Source: the human T2T-CHM13v2.0 reference genome, Homo sapiens. From it: DNA of 64,000 nt. Position 1 is the first letter of the stretch, and each line of letters starts with the position of its first letter. The stretch lies in NCBI RefSeq assembly GCF_009914755.1, contig NC_060927.1; one strand, 5' to 3'. Under the pieces are notes generated by a model. That model had not been told where the DNA came from, searched no databases, and saw nothing but the letters and a program-made list of their open reading frames with translations. Shown in pieces: positions 15,181-28,930 of the stretch. A program made the translations under genes and the position numbers.

Positions 15181-15487
15181 ATTTTTTCTTTTTTTTTTTT
15201 TTTTTTGAGATGGAGTTTTGCTCTTGTTGCCCAGGCTGAAGTGCAATGTGCGATTGCAGCTCATCGCAACCTCTGCCTCCCGGGTTCAAGTGATTCTCTT
15301 GACTCAGCCTCCCGAGTAGCTGGGATTACAGGCATGTGCCACCACGCCCAGCTAATTTTGTATTTTTAGTAGAGACAGGGTTTCTCCATGTTGGTCAGGC
15401 TGGTCTCGAACTCCCGACCTCAGGTGATCCGCCAACCTCAGCCTCCCAAAGTGCTGGGATTACAGGAGTGAGCCACTGCGCCCGGCC
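15181..15487 (-). mobile_element. Alu (Sp/Sq-like)
   Basis: Poly-T then gagatggagttttgctcttgttgcccagg...; TSD gggatggtt(t/c)aatt. Confidence 0.95.
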
Positions 15488-16821
15488 AGGGATGGTTCAA
15501 TTAATGATGTGATAAGGTCTTCCACAAAAAGAGAAGGGGCTCTATTAATCAAGTCATGGTGATGTTGAATGTTAAATTGTTAAATGATGTTAAATTCCAG
15601 GAAACCTGCTAAATTGGCATGTGTTGTCATCACCCACACAAAAAAGATATGACCCTTGTCTCTTGACCCCCAGCACTATGCCCTGGATCTCTCAGCCTGC
15701 CACACTCCTGATGATTGTAGCACCTAATCGGAGCACGTCTTTCAGCAGGAAGCAGCCCTTTTCAGGTGATGGATTATGGTCAGCGCATATTTCACATATC
15801 CACACCCTGCAGTATCTTTCATTTTCCTTGGGGCTCAATGTTCTAAAAGAAGCAGAGGAAATATAATGGACTTACAGAAGGCACCGAAAAAATGTTTGTA
15901 CCTTCACTTTATGCCACCTCTTCCCCAGGTTCCTCTTCTCTGTCTTTCATTAATTCACCCCTCTTTATTGAGTACCTTCTTTATGCCAACTACTGTGCTT
16001 GGCACCAGTGATAGGAAGAGGAACAATTCATCAGTCTTGCCCTCAATGACCTCACAGTCTGAGTTAGAGCAGAGGGGAATGAAGTCCTGGTTCCCCGACT
16101 TATGGGCTGTGGGAGCTGAGAATAACATACCTCTCCCATGTATTCACTGAATACCAGAATAGGGATGCACGAAATATATGAGAAAAATGGTTGAAATAAC
16201 TTGATTAAAAATTCACCCAAGGAGTCATCGTGGAGAAAATCCAAACTTTGTTGAGCTTCTTGAATATTATTCTAAAGTTTTACATTATTTTACTTTGGGT
16301 CACCTATGGGAGACAGGAATGGAGGGGGAAGGACCATAATCTCTTTTAGTTTAGGGCTTCTTAAGGTTTTAATGTAGACTGGAAATGGGCATAATAAGGT
16401 TGTTGAGAGGATCCAGCTGGGGAGATCATATGTTAAAGTACCTGATGCAAATAAGCAGGTGCTCAAAAAATGTCCCCTGAGTGAAACATATCCTTATTCC
16501 CTGGCACTTTTCATTCATGTATGGCTGAGATCTCTGAATGAATGTTGCAATAAGCTCTTTTTTTCTTTTTTTTTTCTAAAGTATCCTTCAGCACATGATA
16601 TTCTGCCTGGAGTTTTCTGTGAGCTCAGCAAACAGCAGAGTCAGAGATTAAGAATTATTTATTGCCTCCTTTTTTTTCCCCCGTGATTGTTAATTAGGGA
16701 GTCAAGGCCAAGTTATCAGCTTTGGAACAGTGCACATCGTACCTGACAGGCCAGGATGGCCTTGTGTCTCCCACGTGGACACCCTTTATCTCTGTGTATG
16801 AGGAACATATGATATCTATCA

Positions 16822-17001
<180 letters not shown>

Positions 17002-17370
17002 TTAGTTTCCCATCTTTCTGTCAGGCTGCAGCTTAAACTTCTTACAGGCTCCACAGGCTGGTTCTTTCCCCTCAATATCGATTTGCAGTATGCCCTGTGC
17101 TCCAGGCTGGCAGGTGTTGTTCATACAAGAATGTGAGCCATTCATCATTTCCCCTATGCTGCTAAAACTCAAAGAAGTTTGGGACAGCTTCTTCCAGGGG
17201 AGGAAACAAACATTCTTTTCCATATATGTGTATGAGAATAGCATACCTCTCCTGACTATTCACCGGATACCAGAATAGGGATGCATAAAATATATGAGAA
17301 AAATGATTGAAATTACTTGATTAAAAAAATCCACCCAAATAGTCCTCATGCAGAAAATCCAAACTTTGTT

Positions 17371-17421
17371 TTATATATATATATTTGTTGATATGTGTGT
17401 GTGTGTGTGTGTATATATATA

Positions 17422-17466
<45 letters not shown>

Positions 17467-17480
17467 GTATGTATATATAT
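17371..17480. repeat. Compound (TA)n/(TG)n microsatellite
   Basis: Alternating TA and TG runs. Confidence 0.95.
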
Positions 17481-17859
17481 TCAGAATCAGGACTGAGAAC
17501 TAGAATAGCTGCTGACGGAAGGGAGCCGCCAAGATAGAGCCATTATATCATTGGGAGCGGTAAAATAAGATACCAGTAATAAAGAGATGGGGAGCTCTGT
17601 TGGATGTTGCCATGGTGACAAAAATACTCATATAAGAGGCATTAGCTAGCCTTTATCATGTTCCGCATCAACATCCAGGGAAGGGTACTTTTCAGGATTT
17701 GCATCTAGTTCAGCCTAGAGTTGTAGGATAAGGGCCATTATTTTCTCCCCAACTCCCCAACTCCATGTAGTTACAATGAAACTGTGTAGAAAAGGGGCAG
17801 AACATTCATCCCCTTGAACTCATATTTACATGTCTAACTATCTTAGAGAAATCACATCA

Positions 17860-18300
17860 TGCATACGGATACTTAGTTTAGCATTTTTTTGTGCATGTGA
17901 TAGCAAAATTGTAGAAAGAACCCAAATATCGTTCAATGGGAAATAGTCAAATAGATTCAGATACATCATAATACATACATCAGATACATGTAATATGCTA
18001 TGCAGCAGTTAAAAGGAATAATATGATCATGTGTACTGACTTATTTTTAAGTGGCGAAGGAAGTTATGTAATCTAATGTTTTTAAAGGCTTAAACATGAG
18101 TTTGTTTGATTTAAAAAATCAAACAGTTATTTGATTTGTGCATGACGTATATAATTTATAGAATGTTTTCTTGAAGAACAAATGAGTTGATGGTCCTTGA
18201 GGAGGAATGTGAGGTTGGAGAAGGAGAGTGAAGGAAATTTTTTCTTGTATTCATATGATTAGACATTTCATAAGGAAGATATTTCATGTACATTTACATA
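17860..18300 (+). mobile_element. Old L1ME-like 3' fragment
   Basis: atagcaaaattgtagaaagaacccaaatatc...tatgctatgcagcagttaaaaggaat. Confidence 0.55.
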
Positions 18301-18597
18301 AATTTTTAAAAAGCTTGGGATATAGTAGGAACTTTGTTGTGTAAATGAATGAGTCACATCAACATGGATTCCAGTTCTCACTCTCTTAGTAGGTATGTGA
18401 CCCAAGCCACTTCCCTTATAGGAGCAGTTTTTCTCTAAATTGTGGGGTGATAGTAAATCTCCCTACCCTGGTGTAAAGCCCCAGTATAAAGAATAGCAAA
18501 TTAGCCAGAACCCTTCATTACCCTGAAAAGCTAGAGATCAGAAATTTCACAAAGTATTGTCACAGAACCATCCTGGGAGCCCTTGAAATTATTTAGT

Positions 18598-18745
18598 CCA
18601 GTGGTTCTAAAACCAGACCCTACTTGGAGAGCCTGTTACACATGTAGCTTCTTGGAGACAGCCCCAGATCTTCTACTGGATTAGAATCTCTGGGGTGGGG
18701 ATAGGGAATCTGTAGGTTTACAAAGCTTCCACCCCTTTCACTAAT
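18598..18745. mobile_element. MER5A-like hAT DNA transposon remnant
   Basis: cagtggttct...ttagaatctctggggtgggg...gaatctgtaggtttacaaagcttcc. Confidence 0.6.
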
Positions 18746-18910
18746 ATAGGGGGTATCTGTCAGACTTTCCCTCCTAACACTTCTTTCTCTGAAAGAAAGG
18801 ACTTCAAAGTTGACCCAAAAGACATGGTTATATGATACATATATATTGCCCAAAAGAATAATATATATGTGATATATAATATTGCATAATATGTTTATTA
18901 GATATAAATT

Positions 18911-19211
<301 letters not shown>

Positions 19212-19734
19212 TTATATATTTATATATCATTTACATCTGATATTTATCACTTATATATATCATTTATATCTTACATATAAGATATATTAACATTTTATGT
19301 TTATTACACGTGAATTATATATATTATACATAAAATGCATACACACACTATATGATATATGGTCTATGTGAGTATGAAAGATTTTGAATTTAAAATCTAA
19401 AATGTAACTCGACATCTAAAACTCAGTGGCTTAGATAGCCAAATCTAAGATGGAATTTTATTTACTTAGTTGGTGGTTTCTCCTCAAATCCTTTTTCCCC
19501 TCAAGCTATTTCCAAGGATAGGGATTTTCATCCTTTTTACAGGTGGTAGCCATTGTCAGAAGTGATGGGATAAGGAGTACCCTGGGAGGGCTTTAACCCA
19601 CTTCCCTCATACTCTCCATCACTGAAACCAGGACAATCTCATGTGAGATGCAACACAAACAGATTCAAAGCCTAATACTACTTATGCTTACTGCATGCCT
19701 GTTCACTATGTGGATTATCTCATTTACTTCTTAA

Positions 19735-20427
19735 ATTAGTTTTCTATTGCTGCCGTAACAAATTACCACCAGTGCAGCAGCTTAAACAACACAAATTTAT
19801 TTATCTTAAAGTATAGCCAAGCATGGCAGCTCATGCCTATAGTCCCAGCGTTTGGGAGGCTGAGGCTGGAGGATTAATTGAGGCCAAGAGTTCATGACCA
19901 GCCTGGGCAGCATAGCGAGATCCCCATCTCTACAACAACATCTATAGATGGGAAGTCTGGTATAAGTATCACTGGACTAAAATCAGGTTGTTGGTAGGCT
20001 GTGTTCCTTTCTGGAGGCTGTTGGAGAAAATTTGGGTTGATGATGGAATTCAGTTCCTCTTGGTTATAGGTCTAAAGTCTGTCGTTTTGCCCTGGTTATA
20101 AATTAAGGGCCATTCCCAGCTCTAGATGCCACCAAATTTCCTTGGCTACTGGTATCTTTCTTTCCTCTTTATAGCCAGTAATGGGCAGGTCAGGTCCTTC
20201 TCATGTTACATCTCTCTGGCACTGACAAGTAGCTGGGAAAGTTCTTCCCTTTTGAGAATTCATAGGATTAGATTTGACCCATCAGGGTAATCCAGGAAAA
20301 TCTCATCTCTAGGTCTATTACCTTAATCTCATCTGTAAAGTCTTTTGCCACATAAGGCAAGATATTCCCAGGTTCTGGCAATGCAGCTGTGGACTTCTTT
20401 GGAGGACGATTATTCTGTCTACCACAT
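19735..20427 (-). mobile_element. MLT1 solo LTR containing a nested Alu monomer (FLAM-like, 19815-19940, +)
   Basis: ttagttttctattgctgccgtaacaaattaccac...ttattctgtctaccaca; Alu left-arm sequence inside. Confidence 0.85.
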
Positions 20428-23400
20428 TCTTCATGGCAGCACCATTAATGTCCCCATTTTATAGATAACTAGATTAGTTTAACATCTCACAGTTAGTAAA
20501 TTAAAGAACAATGACTTGGTTCCAGATCTTACGCTTTTAACTTCTTGGTTATTTTGCATCCCTCATTAGTCAGATACAGACATTCAAAAGCGAAGCACAT
20601 CTGAAAAATCTAGGACCATAATCTTTATAAATTAAAAAAGCTAAGAGCATACATATCCACAGAATTTACCACTTGTGGGTGTTTAGCTGTTTGGCTTCAA
20701 ACACACAGAAATCTCAACCACATTTTCCCACCACCTACCACACAAATCCCTTTTCCCCCACTTACCAGTAGAAACTTTTGGTGAGGTCTCTGGACAAAAG
20801 TCCAAAAAGGCAAAGCCTACTCAATTGCTCATCGGTAGCTGAGCTGAAGAGGAACCTCAGGGTCTTCCCACCACCAAGCCCAAGACCACAATATACTTTC
20901 CCAGTCTCATCCCTGCATTTTCTTTTCTTCTGTGGCACTTGGTTTATTAGTGACTGTCACCTCCTGCTTCATCCCTGGATTTCTGTTCTCTGGGGGTTCT
21001 CTCCCTGTCCCTCTACCATACAAACATATAATTTATTTCTCCTTATTTTAAGAGTCCAATCAGTAGCCATGCTAATGGTGAGCAGGGGCGACACAGAAAT
21101 TGAAGTTGGGGTGATAGCGATAGCTGCAGCACATGTACTCCCCTGTCGTCTCCATTAGTTCACCCCTGTCACTTTACATACACAGCCTAAGTCACAAAGT
21201 CCCACATTACTTTGACAAAAATGAAAGCTAATTTTTAAAGATGCTGGATCTCCCATCCTATTTCTTTCCAATCAAATTGTTCTATAGTATAGAAATTCTG
21301 GAGCTGCCTCTAAGATCAGTTTCTCATTTTATTAGAATAACAAAAATAGCAACTATGAAGGAGATAGGAGAGTTTTTAAACATTTAGAAATCTTAGCGTG
21401 TTATTAAAGTCCTTATCCTCTGGCCTTCCTGGTTTCTTTTTGAGGGTTGACTGTGGTCCTGCCACCCCAGGGCCTGCAGTTCCTTATTTTAACTCCTCAA
21501 GATAGAATTTTACCAGGTTGGTCAGATAAGGAGCAATCTCATCCATTTTAAGCAGGTCATTTGAATTTCTGAGAATTTCCAACAAAAGTGATTATCCCAA
21601 ATATCAAAATCTCTGAAACTGTTTAATGGCATTTCCTTTTGCTTTCTTTTTCTTTATCTTTTATTTTCAGGTTTAATTGCCCTCTCTGAACTCCATGTTA
21701 AAATGGCTCCCACTCCTTCATCTTTTCTTTCTCCAATGTTGTGAAATGAAAAGAAGTAATGTTTATAGTCAGCCTTGTATGTGGCTTGGCTCTAGACTTG
21801 GTCAAAGGAGGTTTTGTTTCTAAGGGGAAATTTCTGAACACGACCAAGTCTTAATAAGCCCCGTCAACCTTCATTCATCCACTCTAATGTCCAAGAAGTT
21901 GACACAAGAAGAAGTACATAAGTGCTACTGAAAATAGCAAGAAATTAGAGAGGATCTTAACCTGTCCAAGTTCTGAGGTTCTAGATGGTTTGCCTGTTTT
22001 CTCAACAACCCAGTAGGTAGGAATTATTATTATCATTTCACATATGGGGGAGCTCACATGGAAAGAGTAAACAGCTTGTCCAAAGTCCACATAACCTAGT
22101 AAGTGCAGAAGATCTTCAAGCCTTTTCTCCTAACTTCCTCATAGGCTATAAGGTGTTCAGCTTGCACTTTAAAAAATGCTACCTTCATTAGGAGCTTAAT
22201 AACTTTAAGTTAGAGAAACTAGATTTCATATCCAATTTAAAATATGCTGCTGGATAAATGTGGAAGGGTAGAATAAGCAAATGGCTGAACTTCAACATAA
22301 AACAATGTAGTGTTTATATTGTGGCTCATAAGTCATATAGGGTCTATTAGAAAAAAACAAATAGATGTGGGAGTCAGAAAAGCTCCAAAAGAGTCCCAGC
22401 TAGGCTCCTAACGTCACTGAGCCTAAGTTTCTTTGCCTATAAAATGGGTATAAAACTAGTTAATGCATAGGATTACTGTAAAAACTAAGATAAATAATGT
22501 GGTCTTCCTATAAACAGTAAAAGGGCTACAGAACAAATGCATCTTTAATCATGTCTTTATCATCTCATTCATTTCTTTTGTCAAACAGCCATGTGTCAAC
22601 TTTTCATACTTTACCGATACTCTTTGCAATACCACAAAGTACATGAAATTATTCCTATTTTAGAGGTGAGGAAGCCAGGGATCAGAGAGGATTAAGGAGC
22701 ATACCTAACACTACACAGCTGGTGACAGATACTCTAGTGTGGGAACCGAGAGCTGATGGTCTTAAACGCCACTGCTAACCTGAAGAGCAGATTTTTCCAG
22801 CAATTACTGATTGACTAGGTAGGGAGGAGAAGCTTATACCCTTTTCTTTAAACTACATGTCTCCAAAACCTAAACCAAAGGTGATCTTGCATGCAACTTT
22901 GGAAAAAGCCAGGGGCTTATCAAGTCACAGAATTTTTAAGTTGAAAGAGACCTTAGAGAACAATGGATTCTTGTCTAATTCCTCCATTCTTCAGTTGTAG
23001 AAACTGAGGTCTCACAGGCCAAGTTGTTTATGTCATTTGTCTGATTTCTGTGAGCATTTTGGGCATATTCAGTGTGACAACTCAGGTCTCTTGACCCCAG
23101 TTCCTTGCTTATCCTACTTCTTTCAAAGTCTGGATAGATTCACAAAGCTGAAAAACATTGCACTACCTCAGTTCTCATTCTTTCTGGGTTCCATTGTTAG
23201 GCAGTTCCTTGGTTATCAAGAAAAGATCTACAACGTAATTTCAAAAGCCCCTAAGAAAATTAATGATAGTTTTGAATGAATCTTGAACATCTGCGATGTG
23301 CCAGACACTATGTTAAGCACATTACCTTCCTTTTTGCAGTAGCTTTCAAACTTTAGTTATTTGATTACTACCTTCATGAATTTTGCCAAATCTACATACC

Positions 23401-24149
23401 ATCTATGTAGTTGTTAACTTAATGTTTGTCTTTATATTGACCTTAAAGTTCTAACTACTTTAGCTTTATCCTGGGCTATAATACTCATGAAATCATGATG
23501 TGCTAATTATTCTTTAAATACATACTATATAAATGCTATATAAATAGCATTTTATATTTAACTTTAAATATCAAACATATAAATGGTGCTTATATAATAT
23601 GTATTTAAAGTGTTTATACATTATAATATAATTTATCTTTTATAATTTATAAATACTATTTAAATATGTATTTAACACTATTAATAATTATATAACTATT
23701 AACATTAAAATTGTTGTCTAAGCCTCTCTAATATAATCTCATTTAATTACTCCCTAACTCTAAAGTACTAGTATAATCCCTGAATATCCCATATTATATC
23801 ACTGAGCCCAAGTTTCTTTGCCTATAAAGGGTATATTGTATCCTAATATGTTTTTGTTTTCTCACAATAGAGAAAACCCAAAGCTCAGTTAAATAACTTA
23901 ACCCAGGCCTCACAGCAGTTTAGTGGCATTGCTAGAACCCAGATCCAAGTCTGGCTGACTCCAAAGCCAGTGCAGCTAACCATGCCATCTAATGACATGA
24001 AGGAATGTTCAGCAGAGTAAGTTGCACCAGATGAGAACTTAAAGGTGAGACCCTACAGGGCACAGATTGATCAACTTATATGATTGTGTGTACAGGGGTG
24101 GGTGAGTTTAGAAACCACGTATAAGGGAGCAAGGACACTATATCCTTTA

Positions 24150-24660
24150 TATTTTTAAGTTTTTTTTTAAAGTATCATATCTAGAGAGAAGTTGAAACAG
24201 TAGTGAAGTGATCATTCCATAACCTTCGCCTTTATTCACCACTGGTTAACATTCACCAATTTGTTGATCTCTCGCTCTGTAGTGTTTGTGTGTGTGTGTT
24301 GTTTTGGCTGAACCATTTACAAATAAGCTGTAGATATTTGTGTCATTTCACCCCTAAATACTTTAGCATGTACAAAGAACAAAGACATCCTCCTACATAA
24401 TTAGATACCATTATTATATCCAAGAGTGTGAAATTGATACAGTAATATTATTTAAGATGCAGCCCATATTTAAAATTTCCCAACGTCTCCATAGTTCCCT
24501 TATTGCTATTTTTTTCTTCCTTCCACAATCTAAATCATTTGTTGCATTTGGTTGTCAGTTTGTCTTAATCCCTTTTAATCTAGAGAACAACCCTTCTACC
24601 TCTTTTGTCTCTCCTGCATTGACGTTTTTGAAGATTCCCGATGAGTTTTCATGATTAAAT
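24150..24660 (-). mobile_element. Old L1M 3' fragment in intron 1
   Basis: ctgaaccattt..aaataagctgtagata, cacccctaaatactttagcatgta, ttgcatttggttgtca. Confidence 0.6.
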
Positions 24661-24965
24661 TTAGGTCAATCTGCCCCCTTTTTTTTTTTTTTTTTTTTGG
24701 TTAGGAGGGGACATATTTCTTTAGTAATATGGTTATGCACAATTACTTGAAAAAACTTATGCAGACTAGTCAGTTAACAGAGCAAAAATCCTTAAAACCC
24801 CAATTACTGAATAAGAAACAGTTCTTCAATTGGCAAAGTAAAGAGAATTAATTTTGATCTGTGGTAGCTACACCCAACCTCCCCCAAATCCTCTGTATGA
24901 CTTGACTGTATTCCCCTAACTATCTCCTGAAAACCAGACTTGAAATGAATATAATGCTGCTTTAC

Positions 24966-24980
24966 CTTATCTTCTGTCAT
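24966..24980 (-). CDS. SLC2A2: GLUT2 coding part of exon 1 (MTEDK)
   Basis: ACA-ATG-ACA-GAA-GAT-AAG|gtaaag; recognised GLUT2 N-terminus, A at -3. Confidence 0.96.
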
Positions 24981-25300
24981 TGTACTAGTTGGGAGTCCTG
25001 TCAATTCCAGGTCTTGTGTGAGTGTGGCACATGCACCTGACTAGCTCCTGCCTGTTTATTCGCAGCTCTGCCTAGGCCTAGTTATGCATTGCAGGAGGAG
25101 GAGCAAGGAGAGGGAGGAGTTGGGCTACCCAGACCTGAGAGTCCAAGTCTAATCTTCTCAGCGGCAGCTGAATATTGATGGGAATCTAATCAATAAGTGC
25201 TTTGCCTCAGCAACCTGTGGCTTCAATACCTTTGTTCCACTAGGAAAGAAAATGGGAGCAGGTCCCTTAGGCATAAGTTACAAACCAGAGGCAATCACAT
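24981..25300 (-). promoter_or_regulatory. SLC2A2: SLC2A2 5'UTR and proximal promoter (CpG-poor) with candidate HNF1/ONECUT and FOXA or TATA-like sites
   Basis: Directly upstream of the ATG; TGTTTATTC at 25053-25061 (forkhead-like, AATAAA on minus); CTAATCAATAAG at 25186-25197 (HNF6/HNF1-like); exact TSS cannot be read from sequence. Confidence 0.7.
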
Positions 25301-26459
25301 TTCAAGGCATGTGTTATGTGGCAGTAATTGGGAGCTGGTGAAAAGAGAAATCTTTGGAGTCTTTTGTAGAAGATGAGATATGCTGAGCTGCCGTGCTGTG
25401 CTGTGGAGCATGGGAGGCACACTGCACTCTGCTCCACAGATAATTAGTGCTGTGGTGTTTCTGTTTAGAGCTGAGCTGTGTGGCCGGAGACCATTGTTGA
25501 CTTGAATGGTTACCTGGATGAGCTTTGGATTGTTAGGGACTTGGGTTTGAATCTCAACATTTTACTGGGGAGTATAACCTTAAGCAAGTGGCTCACTGTG
25601 ACTTTTCTCTGATTAGTTTTTTATTTTTGCCTGATAAAATAGAAATAACACACATTTTGTTTTGTTGAGTGGATTAAATGAGATAATATGTGAAAGTGTT
25701 TGGCATATCTCAACATATAATAAGTACTTAGCAAATAGCGGTTGTTATTATTATTGCTTCATATATGTCAAGAAGCACTTGCTGGAGGCTTTAACGTAGA
25801 GTTCTCAAATAAACCTGCTCATATGGCTTGATCTTGGGCCTAAGTATCCCTTATGATATCCAAACCCTGTGGGGGTTCAGGAGATATCAAATTTATTGAG
25901 CTTTAAGTGTGTGTGGCAACTGGGGCCACAGATTGCACTGAGGCTCAAATGGAACCAGTTCCCAGCGGAACAAAAATGTAACAAGCAGCAACACAATGAG
26001 GGGTGTTATGAAGAAACAGGGTGAGAAAATGAAGGATTAGAGGAGATTCAGATTTCACCTTTTTATTTTGCCACCCTGTTTTCATTTCTGTCACCTCTGC
26101 AAGGTGACACACCTGAAATGTTTGGTTTGAGAAGGTAATTCAATCAAACTACAAACTTTTACTGAGTCCAGCACAGTTCCATGCTCCGAGATGACTGAGA
26201 TAAATAAGTCACAGCCTCCTCTTTCTAGGTGTTTATAACATATAAGATGAGACATATGTAATGCAGACACAATACAATAATTTCATAGTGGAAAAGCGTG
26301 AGCAAATATTAATAGTAATGATGGTTAATCTTTACTGAGGTCTTGCCGGGTGCCAGGTGCTGCTCTCAGCACTTGACATGGATTAACTCGTTTAGTCATA
26401 ACATGAGGTGCTCTGTGTCATAGTGCCAAGCTTTGGGGAGCAGCTTTGAAGTCAGACTT

Positions 26460-27310
26460 TAAAGCGCCCAGTTAGCCACGCTGACTTTCCGCATCAGTTT
26501 TGGCTGGTGATGAGCACGCCCCATTGCCAGAGCGGTCCACAGTCAGGAGCGGTTCCATGGCATTTGCCAGTGACATGACATTCTGCAGGAAAGCGTCTCT
26601 GTGCCGCGTCGTAAATGATACCGGTGTGGTTTACCAACCTTTGTCTTTTGAACCTGCCTTTTCAGAAACGGAATTTGCCTTGAGTGCGCGGGCGGCCAGT
26701 GAGCCTTTAACTTCTTGTGCTCAGCCCCGGCCTGCCGGCGCGGAGCACGGCGGCAGGAAACCATTCTCTTCTCCCATTGGGAGCGCGACCCGCCATTCAC
26801 TAGCGGGCCTTCGGGGCACCCTGATCAGTTTCCTCAGGTTCAGCCAAGGCCTCTGTGGTTCTGCTCTTTCTCAGAAATGAATGAGTAATCTCTGCACCAT
26901 CTGGGATATGCTAAAACTTTATCTCCGTGCGGGGAGGGGGTGCGATTCATTTACATTGATGCTCTGATTGCTTTTGCCCGCGGAGAACTGATAAGCGATT
27001 CCAGCCTTTCAGGAGAGCGTGTCTTGGCGCCCACCGAGGAGCTGCAGGTCGTTGCACTCCTGGCTGTGGTGAAGTCAGTCTTTTCGCACTTTGCCATTGG
27101 AGTGGGCGCTATTCAATAACGTGCACCAGTGCCTGCAATCACCCGGAGATTTCCACTGGGCAGGGCGAAACCAGTTCTGTGTGGTTGTTCTTTAGGCTTC
27201 ATACTTTTAAGCCCTCTAGGTCACATTCGGATTACTTCGCTGATTAATGTAATCTTGGTGGATGCCAGAAGTTCTAGGTGGTGACAGGACTGAAAAGAGT
27301 CCGCCCTCCC
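26460..27310. promoter_or_regulatory. CpG-rich, non-repetitive island-like segment 1.5-2.3 kb upstream of SLC2A2
   Basis: Dense unmutated CpGs (gtgcgcgggcggcc, gccggcgcggagcacggcggc, gagcgcgacccgcc) in an otherwise CpG-depleted window; core about 26600-26820. Confidence 0.7.
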
Positions 27311-27739
27311 TCTCCCCTTTTTTCATTGTCATCCTTTCCTTCAGTAAAATTAGTTTTTTTTTCTTCTTCCATAAATGAGGAGGGGAGAGTGGAGAGATAA
27401 ACCAGCTATTTCAGCATGCTGCATTCCTCTCCAGTTGGGTCAGATGTGGTTAAGTGCAAAGGCATCTCCTGGGAACAAATTAAATGAGGTCAAACTTGGC
27501 CAAGCCAGGAGTACAAGAGAATATCGGAAGGTCCCAGTCCCTGAAGGACAGTCAGTGTATTTTAAGATTTTTGAGCCAAATTTTTCCCCATTGTAGCTTG
27601 CCAAAAAAGAGGGCAAACTCTTTACATCCTCTTCTCGCCTCTCCACACCCTCTCCCTAGATATCTCTGTGGTCTGCATCTCTTCCACATGTCTTCACAGC
27701 CTCCTACCTGACTTCCCTGCTCCCATCTTACCCTGCAGT

Positions 27740-28920
27740 ACCTTCTTGACACAGTAGTTAAGATATATTTTTAAAGTTAGATCATAATACACTCCTGCTT
27801 AAAAGTCTCCAAAGGCTTCCCAATCACCCTTAGCAAGAAACCCACGTTTCTCACCACAGCCCAAGAGGTTGACTTGACATAGGCCCTGGGTGGCTCTGAG
27901 ACCTTCTCCCCTTCCGTGGGCCCAGCCACACTGGCCTCAGACTTGTCTAATATGTTCCATGTTCAGCACCTTTGTCCTCAATGAGCTTCTGCCTATAGCC
28001 CTTCTCCCTAGATTTGTATGTAGCTGGCTCCTTCTCTTCATTCAGATGACGGCTTAGTGAGGATTCCCTAACCAGGCTTCTTAAGATAGATACCACCTAC
28101 TTTCTCCAACTCATCCCTGGGCCAGTTACTCTGCTTTATTTTCTTCTTAATGCTTATGCTTGAAATTTTATTATTTGCTTGTCTATTGTTGTTTGCCACT
28201 TTCCTGCCAAAGCTAAATTCCACGAATGTGGAGACCTTGTTGTTATCCCCAGTGCCTAAAATGCTGCCTGGTACATAGCAGGCACTCAACAAGTATTTAT
28301 TTAATAAATTAAGTCCAAAAGGGTTGTCACATGCTTTCTTGTGTTGGAGGAAGGGGTATCTCAGGCTGGGATTTGGACATTTATTGATTTAACATTCAGT
28401 AAATGTAGTATTTGCTGAACATTTTGCTAAGCACCGGTTATAACAGTGAACAAAACAGAGTAGAGTCTCTGATCTTGTGGGGCTTACATTGTATGAAAGA
28501 AACTAAAAGTGCTGGGGAAGAGAACAGGGGGCACCCATTTTAGAAAAGGTGCTCAGAAAAGTGTTCTGTGTAGGGGTGCCTTTTTGGTTGAGACCTCAAG
28601 GCTTTGTAGGCTATAGGAATAATTTGGGATTCAGGTGAAGGGCAATGGGAAGTCACCAGAGAGAACTAAGAATGGGAGTGATATGATCCAATATATGTCT
28701 TAAGATTACTCATGCCATTGAGTGAGGGGTGGATTGGATGGGAGCATTTGTGGAAGAGGAGAGGTACAATTGCAACAATTCATGCTTGCTATTGACCACC
28801 AAGGCTAATAGTGATACCAGAGAAAGAGAAGTGTACATTCAAGATATATTTTGGTGTGTAAAGCAGATAGGACTTGCTGATAATTGCTTTTGGGAGAGGA
28901 TGGAAAGAGATAACTCGGGT
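27740..28920. mobile_element. L2 fragments
   Basis: cactcctgcttaaaa...agtgcctaaaatgctgcctggtacatagcaggcactcaacaagtatt (L2 3' end), then opposite-strand L2 pieces. Confidence 0.65.
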
Positions 28921-28930
28921 TGATAGGTAG

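Noticed and set aside
24804-25004. 66-aa ORF MTGLPTSTMTEDKVKQH...
   Set aside because: Starts at TTG in the 5'UTR and reads through the exon 1 donor into intron; only MTEDK is coding.
26500-26880. 126-aa ORF in the CpG-rich patch as a new gene
   Set aside because: Non-ATG start, no recognisable domain, and high GC suppresses stop codons; the region is kept only as a regulatory candidate.
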